Positions 1 through 9,863 of a stretch of 64,000 nt of DNA are shown here, piece by piece. The DNA comes from Patescibacteria group bacterium (lineage in GTDB: Bacteria; Patescibacteriota; Patescibacteriia; 2-01-FULL-39-33). Numbering within the stretch: position 1 is the stretch's first letter; each line of letters begins with the position of its first letter. Under the pieces are notes generated by a model that was not told where the DNA came from, ran no database searches, and worked only from the letters and a program-made list of their open reading frames with translations. The position numbers and the translations under genes are program-made. The stretch spans positions 87,944 through 151,943 of the forward strand of contig JBAZMW010000001.1 of the NCBI GenBank assembly GCA_041649575.1. The letters run 5' to 3'.

Positions 1-675
1 GTTAATTCATTTAAAAAGATTTTCACCAAACCCAAAAAGAATTTGAAAATCCTTTTGACCGGAGCCAGCAAAAACTTAGTAAAGAAATACATCGATATTT
101 TCAGACGTTCTGGCTTGAATTTATTAAGCCTGGAGACGGAGAGCTTCGCTTTAATTCGCTCGCTGGTTGGTAATGATAAATCAATAATCATGCTGGTGGA
201 TTTGGGCGCTACCACCTCCAGCATCACGGTGGTAGATGGGGGGGTGCCGGTTTTGAGTCGGAGCATCGAGGTTGGCGGCATGATGATAACCAAGGCAGTC
301 TCGGCCAGCCTCAATGTTAATCTGGAGCGAGCCGAACAGTTTAAGCAAGACATGTCTTTGGGTGGAGAAGAGGCGGACAATTCCCTGCCACAGATAGTGG
401 AAAGATCGTTTTCCTCGATTTTTAATGAAATAAAATACACCGTTAATCTGTATCAAGAGCAAAACAATAAAAAAATTGAAAAAATTATTTTGACCGGCGG
501 TTCGGCTTTACTGGGTAATTTAACGGGTTATTTGTCGAGAGCGCTTAATATTAATACTTATATTGGTGATCCCTGGTCGCGGGTCATTTTTCCCACCGAG
601 CTCAAGCCGATCTTAGACCGCCTGGGAGCCAGATTTGCCGTGGCCATCGGATTGGCAATGCGTAATATCGAATAA
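1..675 (+). CDS. pilM: type IV pilus assembly ATPase-like protein PilM, partial (5' end lies outside the window)
   Basis: The frame is open from position 1. It has an actin-like ATPase fold typical of PilM/FtsA (VDLGATTSSITV, SIEVGGMMIT). A PilN-like gene follows directly. Confidence 0.8.
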   Translation, partial: VNSFKKIFTKPKKNLKILLTGASKNLVKKYIDIFRRSGLNLLSLETESFALIRSLVGNDKSIIMLVDLGATTSSITVVDGGVPVLSRSIEVGGMMITKAVSASLNVNLERAEQFKQDMSLGGEEADNSLPQIVERSFSSIFNEIKYTVNLYQEQNNKKIEKIILTGGSALLGNLTGYLSRALNINTYIGDPWSRVIFPTELKPILDRLGARFAVAIGLAMRNIE

Positions 676-681
676 TTATTT

Positions 682-1863
682 ATGCCCAATATTAATCTTT
701 TACCAGAAGATTTGCGAGAGAAAGAAACCAAAGAATTGGAAAAATTGGCCAAACAGCCAAAGGTTTTGCAGGTGGAATTGACCGAACCAGAGAAAGAGAA
801 GCTTAAAGAAGTTATGAGCGATAAAGCAAAACCATCTTTTTGGACCAAAGTGCTTGGCCCGAAAGATAAAAAAACAGTGTCTGGGATAGAGGCCGAGGTG
901 CCAGCGGTTGCTCCCAATGAAAGTATTGATATCTTATCCTCGGCTCATAACCAAAAAGTTAGTTTTGAAAAGGCGAAAAAGCCAGTCTCTTGGTCGGGTG
1001 TTTTGGGTCCGGCCCGCTCACCTATCAGGCCGGCAGAATCAAACTCAAATACCGCGACTTTTTCCAGCCAGGAGCCGCTGAGAGATAAAAATACAGTCAG
1101 GCAAGAGATAATTAAGAATATTGAACTGACAAAACGACAAGGACAACAAAAAGTAAGCTGGTGGAGTAGAATTTTTCAACCCAGGCCCAGGAAGCCGGAG
1201 TTAATAAAATTAGCAGCGGCTCGAGAGCCAGAAAAGAAAATTGTTAACAATAAGGGCGGTTATCATCAGGCGCCTATGAGCGAAAGATCGATTTTTGATA
1301 TAAATTTAATACCGGAGGAGCTGCTGATGATAAAGAATCGGACTGCGGCTGGCAGGGTAATCTCAATTTTATTGGTTGTTATTATTGCCGGTCTCTTGGT
1401 CGGCGGTTTATACTGGTTCTTGGGTTTGAAGCAAACCGAGCTGAATAAACAACTGGCCGTTGAAGAAAAGAATTTAAGCAGTCTAAGGAATAGAATCGAC
1501 GGCTATGAACTTCAATATCAAAACAGCCTGGCCTTCCAGGACAAGCTGCTGGTTTTGAGGGATTTGCTGGTCAGTCACGTTTATTGGAGCAATTTTTTTA
1601 ATCTGCTGGAAAAATATACTTTGGATGATATTTATTATACCAACTTAACCGCTGATGTTTCGGGAGAATTTGTTTTGCCGGCGGTGGCCAGCGACTACCA
1701 GGCGGTCGCCAAACAGATAGAGGTTTTGAAAGAAGCCAGGGATTTTGTTAAAGAAGTCAAAGTCGATGATATTAAGTTGCGTTTTGACGACCGTAAAGGA
1801 GTCGACGGAGTGGCTTTCAAATTAAAAATAGTTTTAGCCGATGGTGTTTTAGCCAAGCGTTAA
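682..1863 (+). CDS. pilN: PilN-like pilus assembly protein with a long N-terminal extension
   Basis: A single TM helix (ISILLVVIIAGLLVGGLYWFLGL) is followed by a coiled coil. There are two INLLP-type PilM-binding motifs: MPNINLLPEDL at the N-terminus and INLIPEEL just before the TM helix. Confidence 0.65.
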   Translation: MPNINLLPEDLREKETKELEKLAKQPKVLQVELTEPEKEKLKEVMSDKAKPSFWTKVLGPKDKKTVSGIEAEVPAVAPNESIDILSSAHNQKVSFEKAKKPVSWSGVLGPARSPIRPAESNSNTATFSSQEPLRDKNTVRQEIIKNIELTKRQGQQKVSWWSRIFQPRPRKPELIKLAAAREPEKKIVNNKGGYHQAPMSERSIFDINLIPEELLMIKNRTAAGRVISILLVVIIAGLLVGGLYWFLGLKQTELNKQLAVEEKNLSSLRNRIDGYELQYQNSLAFQDKLLVLRDLLVSHVYWSNFFNLLEKYTLDDIYYTNLTADVSGEFVLPAVASDYQAVAKQIEVLKEARDFVKEVKVDDIKLRFDDRKGVDGVAFKLKIVLADGVLAKR

Positions 1864-1883
1864 ATTTTAAACAATAGCGATTT

Positions 1884-2504
1884 ATGAACGGTAATCTAGA
1901 AAACAAAACAAGCCAGCCTCTAAAAAAGAAAGAAGGGCGTTTTGGTTTTATTGTTAATCAATTTTTCCCGCTAATGGTGGTTGTAATTTTTCTGGCTGTT
2001 TTAATCGGCGGTTATCTATTGGTCGTCAGATGGCAATACGAGAAATTAATCAGCAGTCGAGCCGACTTGCAGCGGCTAAAAACCGGAATAATAAATTTGG
2101 AACAGAGGGAAAAATTATTAAAGAAATACCAATCGGAGGGTTTTAGGTTTTCGGAAAATGAGCAAGATTTGCTGTCTCTAGCCCTGCCCAAGGATTTTGA
2201 CTTGCCAGCTTTTATTATTCAGCTAAAAAACTTGGCCGATAATTATGGCTTCTTGATAAACAATATAAAAATAACCGAGACTGCTGCCGGAGCAGCGGGC
2301 AATAAAGTTCAGGTGGCCGAACAGGCCAACCATTTGAAAAAATTGGGAATCGAATTGGAGCTGATCGGCGGTGATTACGGTAATTGGAAAAAAGTATTAA
2401 CTGCCATGGAGTCCAGTATTATGATTTTTGATGTCACGGCTTTGGATTTTTCGGCCGACAACCCGGTTTATAAGTTGAAGCTGGTTACCTATTATTACAA
2501 TTAA
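1884..2504 (+). CDS. pilO: PilO-like pilus assembly protein
   Basis: An N-terminal TM helix is followed by a coiled coil and it sits directly after pilN. Size and topology fit PilO. Confidence 0.6.
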   Translation: MNGNLENKTSQPLKKKEGRFGFIVNQFFPLMVVVIFLAVLIGGYLLVVRWQYEKLISSRADLQRLKTGIINLEQREKLLKKYQSEGFRFSENEQDLLSLALPKDFDLPAFIIQLKNLADNYGFLINNIKITETAAGAAGNKVQVAEQANHLKKLGIELELIGGDYGNWKKVLTAMESSIMIFDVTALDFSADNPVYKLKLVTYYYN

Positions 2505-2520
2505 TTTAAACTAACGTTTT

Positions 2521-2874
2521 ATGATATCCAGGGAGAAAAAGAAGGGGTTTAATGTTTATTTAGTTTTAATAGTGGTGGTTGTTTTATTTTTGGCTTTGCT
2601 GGGCGCTAATTTTTGGCTGGTCAATAAAAGCTTTCAGCCTTTGGAAAAAAGCCAGGACAGTAATGTGGACATCGCCCTGGATAAAAGCCGGGCAGCCACG
2701 AAGATCAAGGAGGAGTTAGTTGTCAAATTAGAACAAATGGAAAAAAGGGGGAAATTCGGCAATTGGCCTTTGGTTTTGGCCGAGATCAAGCTAAGTGACA
2801 ATCGAGACAACCCTTTTGTCAAAAAGTTAGTCAAAGAAAGCGATATTATTTTAGCGCCATTATTGAAAGATTAA
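2521..2874 (+). CDS. small membrane-anchored protein in the PilP position (hypothetical)
   Basis: Single N-terminal TM helix, 117 aa, located between pilO and pilB. Confidence 0.4.
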   Translation: MISREKKKGFNVYLVLIVVVVLFLALLGANFWLVNKSFQPLEKSQDSNVDIALDKSRAATKIKEELVVKLEQMEKRGKFGNWPLVLAEIKLSDNRDNPFVKKLVKESDIILAPLLKD

Positions 2875-2927
2875 CGCCAGTCAAGCCATGGGTTTTATTA
2901 TAAATAGCAGCCCGCTCTAGGATTTTT

Positions 2928-4670
2928 ATGAATCTCAACAATACCGATAGAATTAAAAACGCACTGCTTAGCAGAAATTTAATCGATCCTAAGGATTTGG
3001 CCGTAGCCGAAGCCAAGGCGATTGAGACCAACAAGAGTTTGGAGGAGATTTTAGTTCAGGAGCGATATTTTGCCAGCAAGGAATTCAATAAACTAAAAGG
3101 AGAAATTTTTAATTTGGAAACAATTGACCTGGAAGAGATAACGGCTGATCAGGCAACCTTAAACCTATTGGCTCCCAAAGTGGCAGAAAATTATCAGGCG
3201 GTGATTTTTGCCAGAGCCGGCGACGAGATAAAGGTGGGCTTGGTTGATCCCGGAAATTTTCAGGCTCATGAGGCCATAGACTTTTTGGCGACACAAAAGG
3301 GATTGAGACCAAGGTATTACGCGATATCTTTTCAGGATTTTAGATCGACCTTCAATCAGTACAGCGGCTTTAAAAAAGAAATTGGAACGGCGGTCGAGGC
3401 GGCTAAAGTCAAGTTTGCCCAGCGGGAAGGATTTTTAAAAGTAAAAGAAGAGGAAGAAGACTTCGATCAGGTAGTCAAAAGCGCGCCGGTGGCAAAAATT
3501 GTTTCGGTAATCGTAAAGCATGCTGTCGATGGCGGCGCTTCGGATATTCACATCGAGCCAGGAAGAAGCACCGGTCGGGTACGTTATCGCGTTGATGGCA
3601 ATTTGTTTAATTCGCTGACTCTGCCAGATTATCTTTATAATGCCGTGATTTCTAGAATCAAGGTTTTAGCCAACATGAAATTAGATGAAACCCGTTTGCC
3701 GCAAGATGGCAGAATCAGGTTTAAGCTCGATGATCGCGAGGTAGATTTGAGAGTCTCTGTCTTGCCGACTCTAAACCAGGAGAAAGTGGTGATGAGGGTT
3801 TTGGACACTTCGGCGGGAGTGCCCACCTTGGCCGAGCTGGGTTTTTCTGACTATCATATTCAAATAATTGAAAAAAACATTAAGAGGCCATACGGATTAT
3901 TTTTACTGACAGGCCCGACCGGGAGTGGCAAGACCACCACCCTTTATTCTGTTTTAAATATTTTGAATTCAGACCAGCAAAATATCACTACCCTTGAAGA
4001 TCCGATAGAATATTATATCGACGGGGTTAACCAGTCGCAGATTAATCCTGATATTGGATTTTCTTTTGCCTCCGGACTAAGATCGATACTGCGCCAGGAT
4101 CCCAATATTATCATGGTTGGCGAAATTCGCGACAGTGAAACCGTAGAGCTAGTGATTCACGCGGCTTTGACCGGTCATTTGGTTTTTTCCACCCTGCATA
4201 CCAACAGCGCCTGGGGAGCGATTCCCAGATTAATAGACATGAAAGCCGAACCATTTCTTTTGGCCTCGACTCTCAATCTGGTCATGGCGCAGAGGTTGGT
4301 CAGAAAAGTCTGCCCCAATTGCAAAACAGAGGCCAAGCTGCCCCCCAAAGTATCGGAAAAAATAATGCTGGAAATAAAAAAGATACCGGATGTTTTTTTA
4401 CAGTCGCTAAAGGGCAAATACGCTTTCTATCGAGGCCAGGGTTGTCAGAGTTGCAATAACACCGGCTACCTTGGTCGGACGGTGGTGGGGGAAATAATGG
4501 ATATCACCATGGAGCTAAAGGAGCTGATGGTTAAGGATTTTACTATCAAAGATATTCAGGATCAGCTCCAGAGACAAAACTACATCAACCTAGCTCAAGA
4601 CGCCATTCTCAAGGCTTTGCAGGGACTGACAACGATAGACGAAGTACTTCGAGTTTCTCAAGATCAATAA
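2928..4670 (+). CDS. pilB: type IV pilus assembly ATPase PilB/GspE family
   Basis: Walker A GPTGSGKTTT, Asp box IIMVGEIRD, His box GHLVFSTLHT, tetracysteine CPNC...CQSC, and a GspE N-terminal domain. Confidence 0.93.
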   Translation: MNLNNTDRIKNALLSRNLIDPKDLAVAEAKAIETNKSLEEILVQERYFASKEFNKLKGEIFNLETIDLEEITADQATLNLLAPKVAENYQAVIFARAGDEIKVGLVDPGNFQAHEAIDFLATQKGLRPRYYAISFQDFRSTFNQYSGFKKEIGTAVEAAKVKFAQREGFLKVKEEEEDFDQVVKSAPVAKIVSVIVKHAVDGGASDIHIEPGRSTGRVRYRVDGNLFNSLTLPDYLYNAVISRIKVLANMKLDETRLPQDGRIRFKLDDREVDLRVSVLPTLNQEKVVMRVLDTSAGVPTLAELGFSDYHIQIIEKNIKRPYGLFLLTGPTGSGKTTTLYSVLNILNSDQQNITTLEDPIEYYIDGVNQSQINPDIGFSFASGLRSILRQDPNIIMVGEIRDSETVELVIHAALTGHLVFSTLHTNSAWGAIPRLIDMKAEPFLLASTLNLVMAQRLVRKVCPNCKTEAKLPPKVSEKIMLEIKKIPDVFLQSLKGKYAFYRGQGCQSCNNTGYLGRTVVGEIMDITMELKELMVKDFTIKDIQDQLQRQNYINLAQDAILKALQGLTTIDEVLRVSQDQ

Positions 4671-4703
4671 TAAAATAACTAGGAAATATAATAAAAGAAT
4701 ATT

Positions 4704-5096
4704 ATGCCTAAAAAAGAAAAAGCGATATCGATTTTGATTGTGGAAGACGACATTTTTTTGGCCGATCTTTATCGGACTAAATTTGAGTTGGAGGGATTTA
4801 AGGTTTTTGTGGGTTATGACGGTGAAAAGGGGCTGGAGTTGGCTAGTAAAAATTTACCCCAAGTCATTCTTCTGGACTTAGTTTTGCCAAAGATGAGCGG
4901 TTTCCAGGTTTTGGAAGCTCTAAAAAACGATAAAAGACTAAGAGAAGTCCCGGTGATTCTCTTGACCAACCTAAGCCAAAAGGCAGACGTGGAAAAGGGT
5001 TTGAGTCTGGGGGCTAATGACTATCTAATCAAAGCCCATTTTATGCCCTCGGAAGTAGTGAATAAAATTAAAAAATTAGTTGACAGGGCGGTTTAA
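4704..5096 (+). CDS. single-domain response regulator (CheY-like receiver; PilG/PilH-like)
   Basis: Receiver-domain motifs are present: the acidic pair in IVEDD, the phospho-acceptor Asp in ILLDLVLPKMSG, and LTN...K. There is no output domain. Confidence 0.85.
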   Translation: MPKKEKAISILIVEDDIFLADLYRTKFELEGFKVFVGYDGEKGLELASKNLPQVILLDLVLPKMSGFQVLEALKNDKRLREVPVILLTNLSQKADVEKGLSLGANDYLIKAHFMPSEVVNKIKKLVDRAV

Positions 5097-5099
5097 TCT

Positions 5100-6179
5100 A
5101 TGGAATCTTCGCAATACTTGTTGGTCAAGGGTATCTTAATTGAAGCCGTGACTCGGGGAGCGGTTGATTTGCATTTTTCCGTGGGCAACAACCCGGTTTT
5201 GCGAGTTAACGGGGAACTGGTTGTTTTACAGGATAAAGACTTGATCACGCAGGATTTTATGGAAAAGCTGATGGCTTCGCTACTGACAGTAGAACAGAGA
5301 AAAAAAGTAGAAGTCGACCGGGAGATAGTTCTGACCCACAACTTTGACAAAGATTTAAGATTCAAAATAAACGTCTTTTATCAGCGGGGTTTTTTATCGG
5401 CCACCCTGCGTCATATTCCGGCCAAAATCCCGACTATCGGTTCCCTGGGGCTTAATTCGGTGATCAGGGAGCTAACCAAATTGAAAAGTGGTTTGGTCAT
5501 TATTTCCGGGCCTTTCGGCTCAGGCAGAACAACCACGGCCATCGCCATGCTTGAGGAGATAAATCAAACCAGAAAAGAGTACATCATTACCATTGAAGAT
5601 CCGATCGAATACCTTTTTGCAAATAAAGAAAGCATTGTTGAACAGAGAGAGGTTGGGCGAGATACCAAATCATTTTTGGATGCCCTGCATTATTTTCAGG
5701 AGGAAGACGGCGATATTTTGTTTCTCGGTGAAATGGGCGACAGTAAAACCATTCCCATGGTTTTGGAAATAGCCCGGGGCAGCTCGCTGGTTTTGACGGT
5801 CTTGGGCGCTGCCTCCGCTGTTAATACGGTGGCCAGCATTTTGGACATTTTTCAAAGCTTTGATCAGGAAAGGGTCAAGGATTTATTGGCTACCTCCTTA
5901 AGAGCGATAATTTGTCAGAAGATGGTGCCAAAGGTGGGTGGTGGCAGTTTGGTGGTACAGGAAATCATGCTGGTTAATGATGCTGTTAAATCAATTATTC
6001 TCGGCGGCAGCAATCAACAGTTAGACAACATCATTCAGACTTCAAGAAAAGAAGGCATGATTTCTTTTGATCAGGCGTTGGCTCAATTGGTTAATGAAAG
6101 AAAAATTCTTTTAAAGGATGCCATTGACAATGCTTCCAACCGTTTGGCGTTAGAAAGTTTGCTTAGAGAAAAATATTAA
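5100..6179 (+). CDS. pilT: PilT-like retraction ATPase paralog with degenerate catalytic motifs
   Basis: Overall PilT architecture (IITIEDPIEY, REVGRDT). The Walker A motif is GPFGSGRTTT (Lys to Arg), GEMRD is GEMGD, and both His-box histidines are absent (ARGSSLVLTVLGAAS). Confidence 0.8.
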   Translation: MESSQYLLVKGILIEAVTRGAVDLHFSVGNNPVLRVNGELVVLQDKDLITQDFMEKLMASLLTVEQRKKVEVDREIVLTHNFDKDLRFKINVFYQRGFLSATLRHIPAKIPTIGSLGLNSVIRELTKLKSGLVIISGPFGSGRTTTAIAMLEEINQTRKEYIITIEDPIEYLFANKESIVEQREVGRDTKSFLDALHYFQEEDGDILFLGEMGDSKTIPMVLEIARGSSLVLTVLGAASAVNTVASILDIFQSFDQERVKDLLATSLRAIICQKMVPKVGGGSLVVQEIMLVNDAVKSIILGGSNQQLDNIIQTSRKEGMISFDQALAQLVNERKILLKDAIDNASNRLALESLLREKY

Positions 6180-6197
6180 TTATAAATAATAAAGTAG

Positions 6198-7409
6198 ATG
6201 CCTATTTTTTCCTATAAAGCCAGAAACAGTCGAGGCCGTTTGATCGAGGGGGTAGTCGATGCGGTTACGGCAGACGCGGTAGCCAACTTGTTGGTGGAAA
6301 AAAATTTAGTAGTAACAAATATCGAAAGGCAGGGTGGTGAATTTTTAAAAAGCCACGGTCTGTTTTTTTTCAGAAGGGTCAAAAACAAAGAACTGGTTTT
6401 TTTCTTTCGTCAGTTGGCGGTAATGATTGAGGCTAATTTGCCGATAGTCAGGGCTTTAAAAATTTTAGTGCGGCAAACCGGTGATAAAAAATTAAAAAGG
6501 ATCATCGCGACGGTGGCCGACGAGGTTGACGGTGGCTCGAAGCTATCGGAGGCGATGGCCAGCTTCCCGGAAGTTTTTGGTGTTTTTTACATTAATATGA
6601 TTGGTTCCGGCGAGACCTCCGGTCGTTTGAGCGAGGTGGTTAATTATCTGGCTGATCAGCAAGAAAAAGATTACGATTTACAATCAAGAGTTAAGGGTGC
6701 CCTGATCTACCCGGCTTTTATAATAGTCAGTCTGCTGGTGGTGGCTTTTATTATCATGACTTTTGTTATTCCCCAGATCTCTTCCTTACTTAAAGAATCG
6801 AATGTGACCCTGCCTTTGACTACCAGGATTCTGATGGCGGTCTCTGATTGGTTGAGAGCCTGGTGGTGGCAGGCTATAATAGCGATCATTCTACTAATTG
6901 GTGGCTTAAGCGTTTACGGCAGGTCAGAGACCGGCGGCCATTTTTTTGACTGGCTAAAATTAAGAGTACCTATTTTTGGAAAGATTTTTAGAGAAATTTA
7001 TATTGTCAGAATAACTCGAAGCTTAAACACCCTCTTGGCTGGCGGTGTGCCGGTAGCCAGGGCCTTAGAGGTGGTAAAGGAGGTTGTGGGCAATAAAATC
7101 TATAAAGAAATATTGGAACAGGCCATTAAAGAAGTTGAAGAGGGCAATCCCTTGGCTGACAGCTTGTTGGTTTTCGAGAGTTATTTGCCCTTGGCGGTGT
7201 CACAAATGGTCAGTATTGGCGAAGAGACTGGCAAATTAGAGGAAGTGACTGGTAAAATAGCCGATTTTTACTCACGAGAGGTTGATGCCAGCACCAGGAA
7301 CTTAACGGTCTTAATAGAACCGGTAGTGATGATAATTTTGGGCGTGGGCATAGCTTTTTTCATCATGGCCGTGATCACGCCCATGTGGCAATTATCGGCG
7401 TCGATGTAG
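6198..7409 (+). CDS. pilC: type IV pilus platform protein PilC/GspF family
   Basis: Two GspF repeats, a polytopic membrane protein, and the conserved position after pilB/pilT. Confidence 0.9.
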   Translation: MPIFSYKARNSRGRLIEGVVDAVTADAVANLLVEKNLVVTNIERQGGEFLKSHGLFFFRRVKNKELVFFFRQLAVMIEANLPIVRALKILVRQTGDKKLKRIIATVADEVDGGSKLSEAMASFPEVFGVFYINMIGSGETSGRLSEVVNYLADQQEKDYDLQSRVKGALIYPAFIIVSLLVVAFIIMTFVIPQISSLLKESNVTLPLTTRILMAVSDWLRAWWWQAIIAIILLIGGLSVYGRSETGGHFFDWLKLRVPIFGKIFREIYIVRITRSLNTLLAGGVPVARALEVVKEVVGNKIYKEILEQAIKEVEEGNPLADSLLVFESYLPLAVSQMVSIGEETGKLEEVTGKIADFYSREVDASTRNLTVLIEPVVMIILGVGIAFFIMAVITPMWQLSASM

Positions 7410-7436
7410 TCTGAGTTCGGAATTTGTGCTATAATG
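7408..7436 (+). promoter_or_regulatory. extended -10 promoter (TGcTATAAT) upstream of the pilin gene
   Basis: TGCTATAAT at 7428-7436 with a weak -35. The long 5' UTR contains a GATCCGACGGATC hairpin. Confidence 0.45.
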
Positions 7437-7592
7437 GTAATAAGAGCCTAAAGGGGCAGAAACTTTCCGCAAATTTAATTATTAATAATCAAAAAGGTCG
7501 AAAAAAATAAAAGTTTTATCTACTCGAGTGGAAAAAACAGCTTCGATCCGACGGATCGGAGAAAAAGTCAACTTAATAAAAAAATTTAAGCT

Positions 7593-7985
7593 ATGAAACA
7601 AAAAGGTTTTACTTTGATTGAACTTTTGGTGGTAATTGCCATTATTGGCTTGTTATCTTCTTTGGCAATTATCTCCCTAAACAGCGCCAGAAACAAGGCT
7701 TACGACGCTCAAGTTAAGAGCGATTTGGTACAAGTCAGAAATTCGGCTGAGATTTACTATGATACTAACGGTTCTTATACTGGTTTTACTGTACCAACGC
7801 AGCTGGTAGCGCCTAATTGCAGCGATGACGCCGCTTACGTGGTGACTATTTCAGCCGATGGCACGGCTTATGCCTCTTGGGCCGACTTATGCGCCGATAC
7901 GGACAACGATTATTGTGTTGATTCGGTCGGGGTGTCAAAGGTGACCGCTGGCCATGTGGCCGATGGGGCTACCGCCTGCCCATAA
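7593..7985 (+). CDS. pilA: type IV major pilin (prepilin with class III signal)
   Basis: MKQKG/FTLIELLVVIAIIGLL N-terminal cleavage/methylation motif, C-terminal Cys pairs, its own promoter and terminator. Confidence 0.88.
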   Translation: MKQKGFTLIELLVVIAIIGLLSSLAIISLNSARNKAYDAQVKSDLVQVRNSAEIYYDTNGSYTGFTVPTQLVAPNCSDDAAYVVTISADGTAYASWADLCADTDNDYCVDSVGVSKVTAGHVADGATACP

Positions 7986-8010
7986 TTCAAACTTTCTTTT
8001 TCAAGATTAA

Positions 8011-8041
8011 AAGCTCTCTTCCTCAAAGAAGAGAGCTTTTT
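8011..8041 (+). terminator. rho-independent terminator after pilA
   Basis: AAGCTCTCTTC / GAAGAGAGCTT 11 bp stem, 6 nt loop, then a T-run. Confidence 0.75.
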
Positions 8042-8100
8042 GTCTGGCCAGATTTATGGTATAATATTAAGCAAGAATAAGGAAATTAAAACCAGACAGC

Positions 8101-8508
8101 ATGACCAAGCGCACAAAATTTAAACTGATAATTTATTTATTATTATTGATTTTGGGTATTACCGGATTGATTTTGTGGTCTATTTTTAATGCGGCTCGGG
8201 GTCGGGACTATAAAAGACTGGGAGAAATAAAAATAATAGAAGCAGAGTTTAACAGTTATTTTAATAAGTTTAACACCTATCAGGTGCCGGATTGTTCGCC
8301 ACCCATGTTGGTTAACTATTGTAGTGGTAAAGGCGAGAGAGTTTTGGCTATAGATACGATAGTCGACCCTGTCAATAAAGGAAATTTTCAGTATTTAGTG
8401 AGTTCATTAAGTGACGATAATTTTCGAGTCGATTTTTCTCTGGAGATGGGTATCGGCACTCTGGCAGCGGGTAATTATCTGCTGACACGTCAGGGTATTT
8501 CTAAATAA
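8101..8508 (+). CDS. hypothetical membrane-anchored protein
   Basis: N-terminal TM helix. Preceded by an extended -10 (TGGTATAAT, 8057-8065). Lies between pilA and pilD. Confidence 0.45.
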   Translation: MTKRTKFKLIIYLLLLILGITGLILWSIFNAARGRDYKRLGEIKIIEAEFNSYFNKFNTYQVPDCSPPMLVNYCSGKGERVLAIDTIVDPVNKGNFQYLVSSLSDDNFRVDFSLEMGIGTLAAGNYLLTRQGISK

Positions 8509-8525
8509 AGCGACTGGTTTTCTCT

Positions 8526-9308
8526 ATGTTTTATTTTTTGATTTTTGTTTTTGGTTTAGTGATTGGCAGTTTTTTAAATGTAGTTATTTTTCGTTTACGC
8601 AGCGGGGAGAAGATTGTTAATTCTCGCTCCCACTGCCGGAGCTGTAAGAAGCAGCTGACCTTTAAGGACCTAATTCCGCTGGTAAGTTTTGTTTGGCAAA
8701 AAGGACGTTGCCGTTATTGCGGGGCAAAAATTTCTTGGCAGTACCCATTGGTGGAGCTGGTTACCGGTCTGTTGTTCGTGGCGGCAACTTTTAATATTAT
8801 CGGTAACTTGGGAGCGGGCATGTTATTTTACAATTCGGATATTTTTTTTAATTGGTTAAAAAGTTTGGTTTTTATCTCTTTTCTGGTGGTAATTTTTGTT
8901 TATGATTTGAAGTGGTTGCTTATTTTAGACAAGATAACTTTGCCGGCAGGGATTCTGGCCTTGGCTTTCAATTTGTTTTTGGGAATTAGCTGGAAGAGTC
9001 TGCTGCTGGGGGTTGTTGTCGGCCTGGGATTTTTTCTAATCCAATTTTTGGTTTCCCGGGGCCGGTGGATCGGCGGCGGCGACTTAAGGCTGGCGGTGGT
9101 AATGGGGTTGATGCTGGGCTGGCCCAAGATTCTAGTGGCTCTGTTTTTCGCTTATATAATCGGCGCCCTGATCGCTTTGATTCTAATGGCTTGGGGGAAG
9201 CGCGGTCTGAAATCACAGGTTCCGTTTGGCACCTTCTTGTCGCTGGGCACGTTGGTAGCTATTTTTTGGGGCGAAGAAATAATCAAATGGTACTTAAGTC
9301 TCGTTTGA
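8526..9308 (+). CDS. pilD: prepilin peptidase (A24 family)
   Basis: Tetracysteine CRSC...CRYC, a GGGDLRL aspartyl-protease motif, polytopic membrane protein. Confidence 0.92.
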   Translation: MFYFLIFVFGLVIGSFLNVVIFRLRSGEKIVNSRSHCRSCKKQLTFKDLIPLVSFVWQKGRCRYCGAKISWQYPLVELVTGLLFVAATFNIIGNLGAGMLFYNSDIFFNWLKSLVFISFLVVIFVYDLKWLLILDKITLPAGILALAFNLFLGISWKSLLLGVVVGLGFFLIQFLVSRGRWIGGGDLRLAVVMGLMLGWPKILVALFFAYIIGALIALILMAWGKRGLKSQVPFGTFLSLGTLVAIFWGEEIIKWYLSLV

Positions 9309-9317
9309 ACAAATTTA

Positions 9318-9859
9318 TGCCAAAACAAAAAATGACCGCCGGTTTCACTTTGATAGAAATTTTGGTAGTTATAGCCATCATGGGCGCGCTCTCTTCTTTT
9401 TTAATAATCAATTTTCGAGTTAACGAAGACAGCCGTAAATTTAAGAACGACTCTCTGCTGGTGATGGACGGTTTTAAAAAGGCCCAAACCATGGCTTTGG
9501 CCAGCCAGCTGGTAGAGGGTCGGGCGCCGGTCGGTTACGCGGTGTTATTGGACGATTGCTCTTTTGGCTCCTGCTCTTACGAAATCGCCTCTTATGGCGG
9601 CGATAAAAAAGACTTTAGCAACCAAAGTGATTTTAAAACAATTGAAAAAGTAAATTTAAGCGAGGAAGTAGAGCTAAAAGCCAAAAATTCGCGGATTATT
9701 TTTTTCCCGCCGCGGGCCGAATCGGTAATTTTGGTCAATGGAGAAATTACCAACTATCTGCCGGTTGAGTTGCGCCACAAAAAAGGCAAACTTTTGCCTA
9801 TCTGCGTGACAGTAAGCGGCATGTCGGGCAGAATTGATTCGAGTCCCTGTTCCATGTAG
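9318..9859 (+). CDS. minor pilin / pseudopilin (FimT/GspH-like)
   Basis: TAGFTLIEILVVIAIMG prepilin N-terminus. The internal ATG at 9318 is preferred over the ORF-track start at 9065, which overlaps pilD. Confidence 0.75.
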
Positions 9860-9863
9860 TTTT

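Noticed and set aside
7437-7592. Possible c-di-GMP (GEMM) riboswitch in the long pilin 5' UTR (GGGCAGAAAC ... CCGCAAAT)
   Set aside because: Only short, vague similarity to the GEMM GNRA/receptor elements. The region is too short and lacks the two-hairpin architecture.
9065-9317. 5' extension of the minor pilin ORF overlapping pilD (ORF-track start 9065)
   Set aside because: The prepilin leader MPKQKMTAGFTLIE begins at 9318. The upstream portion is out-of-frame pilD sequence.
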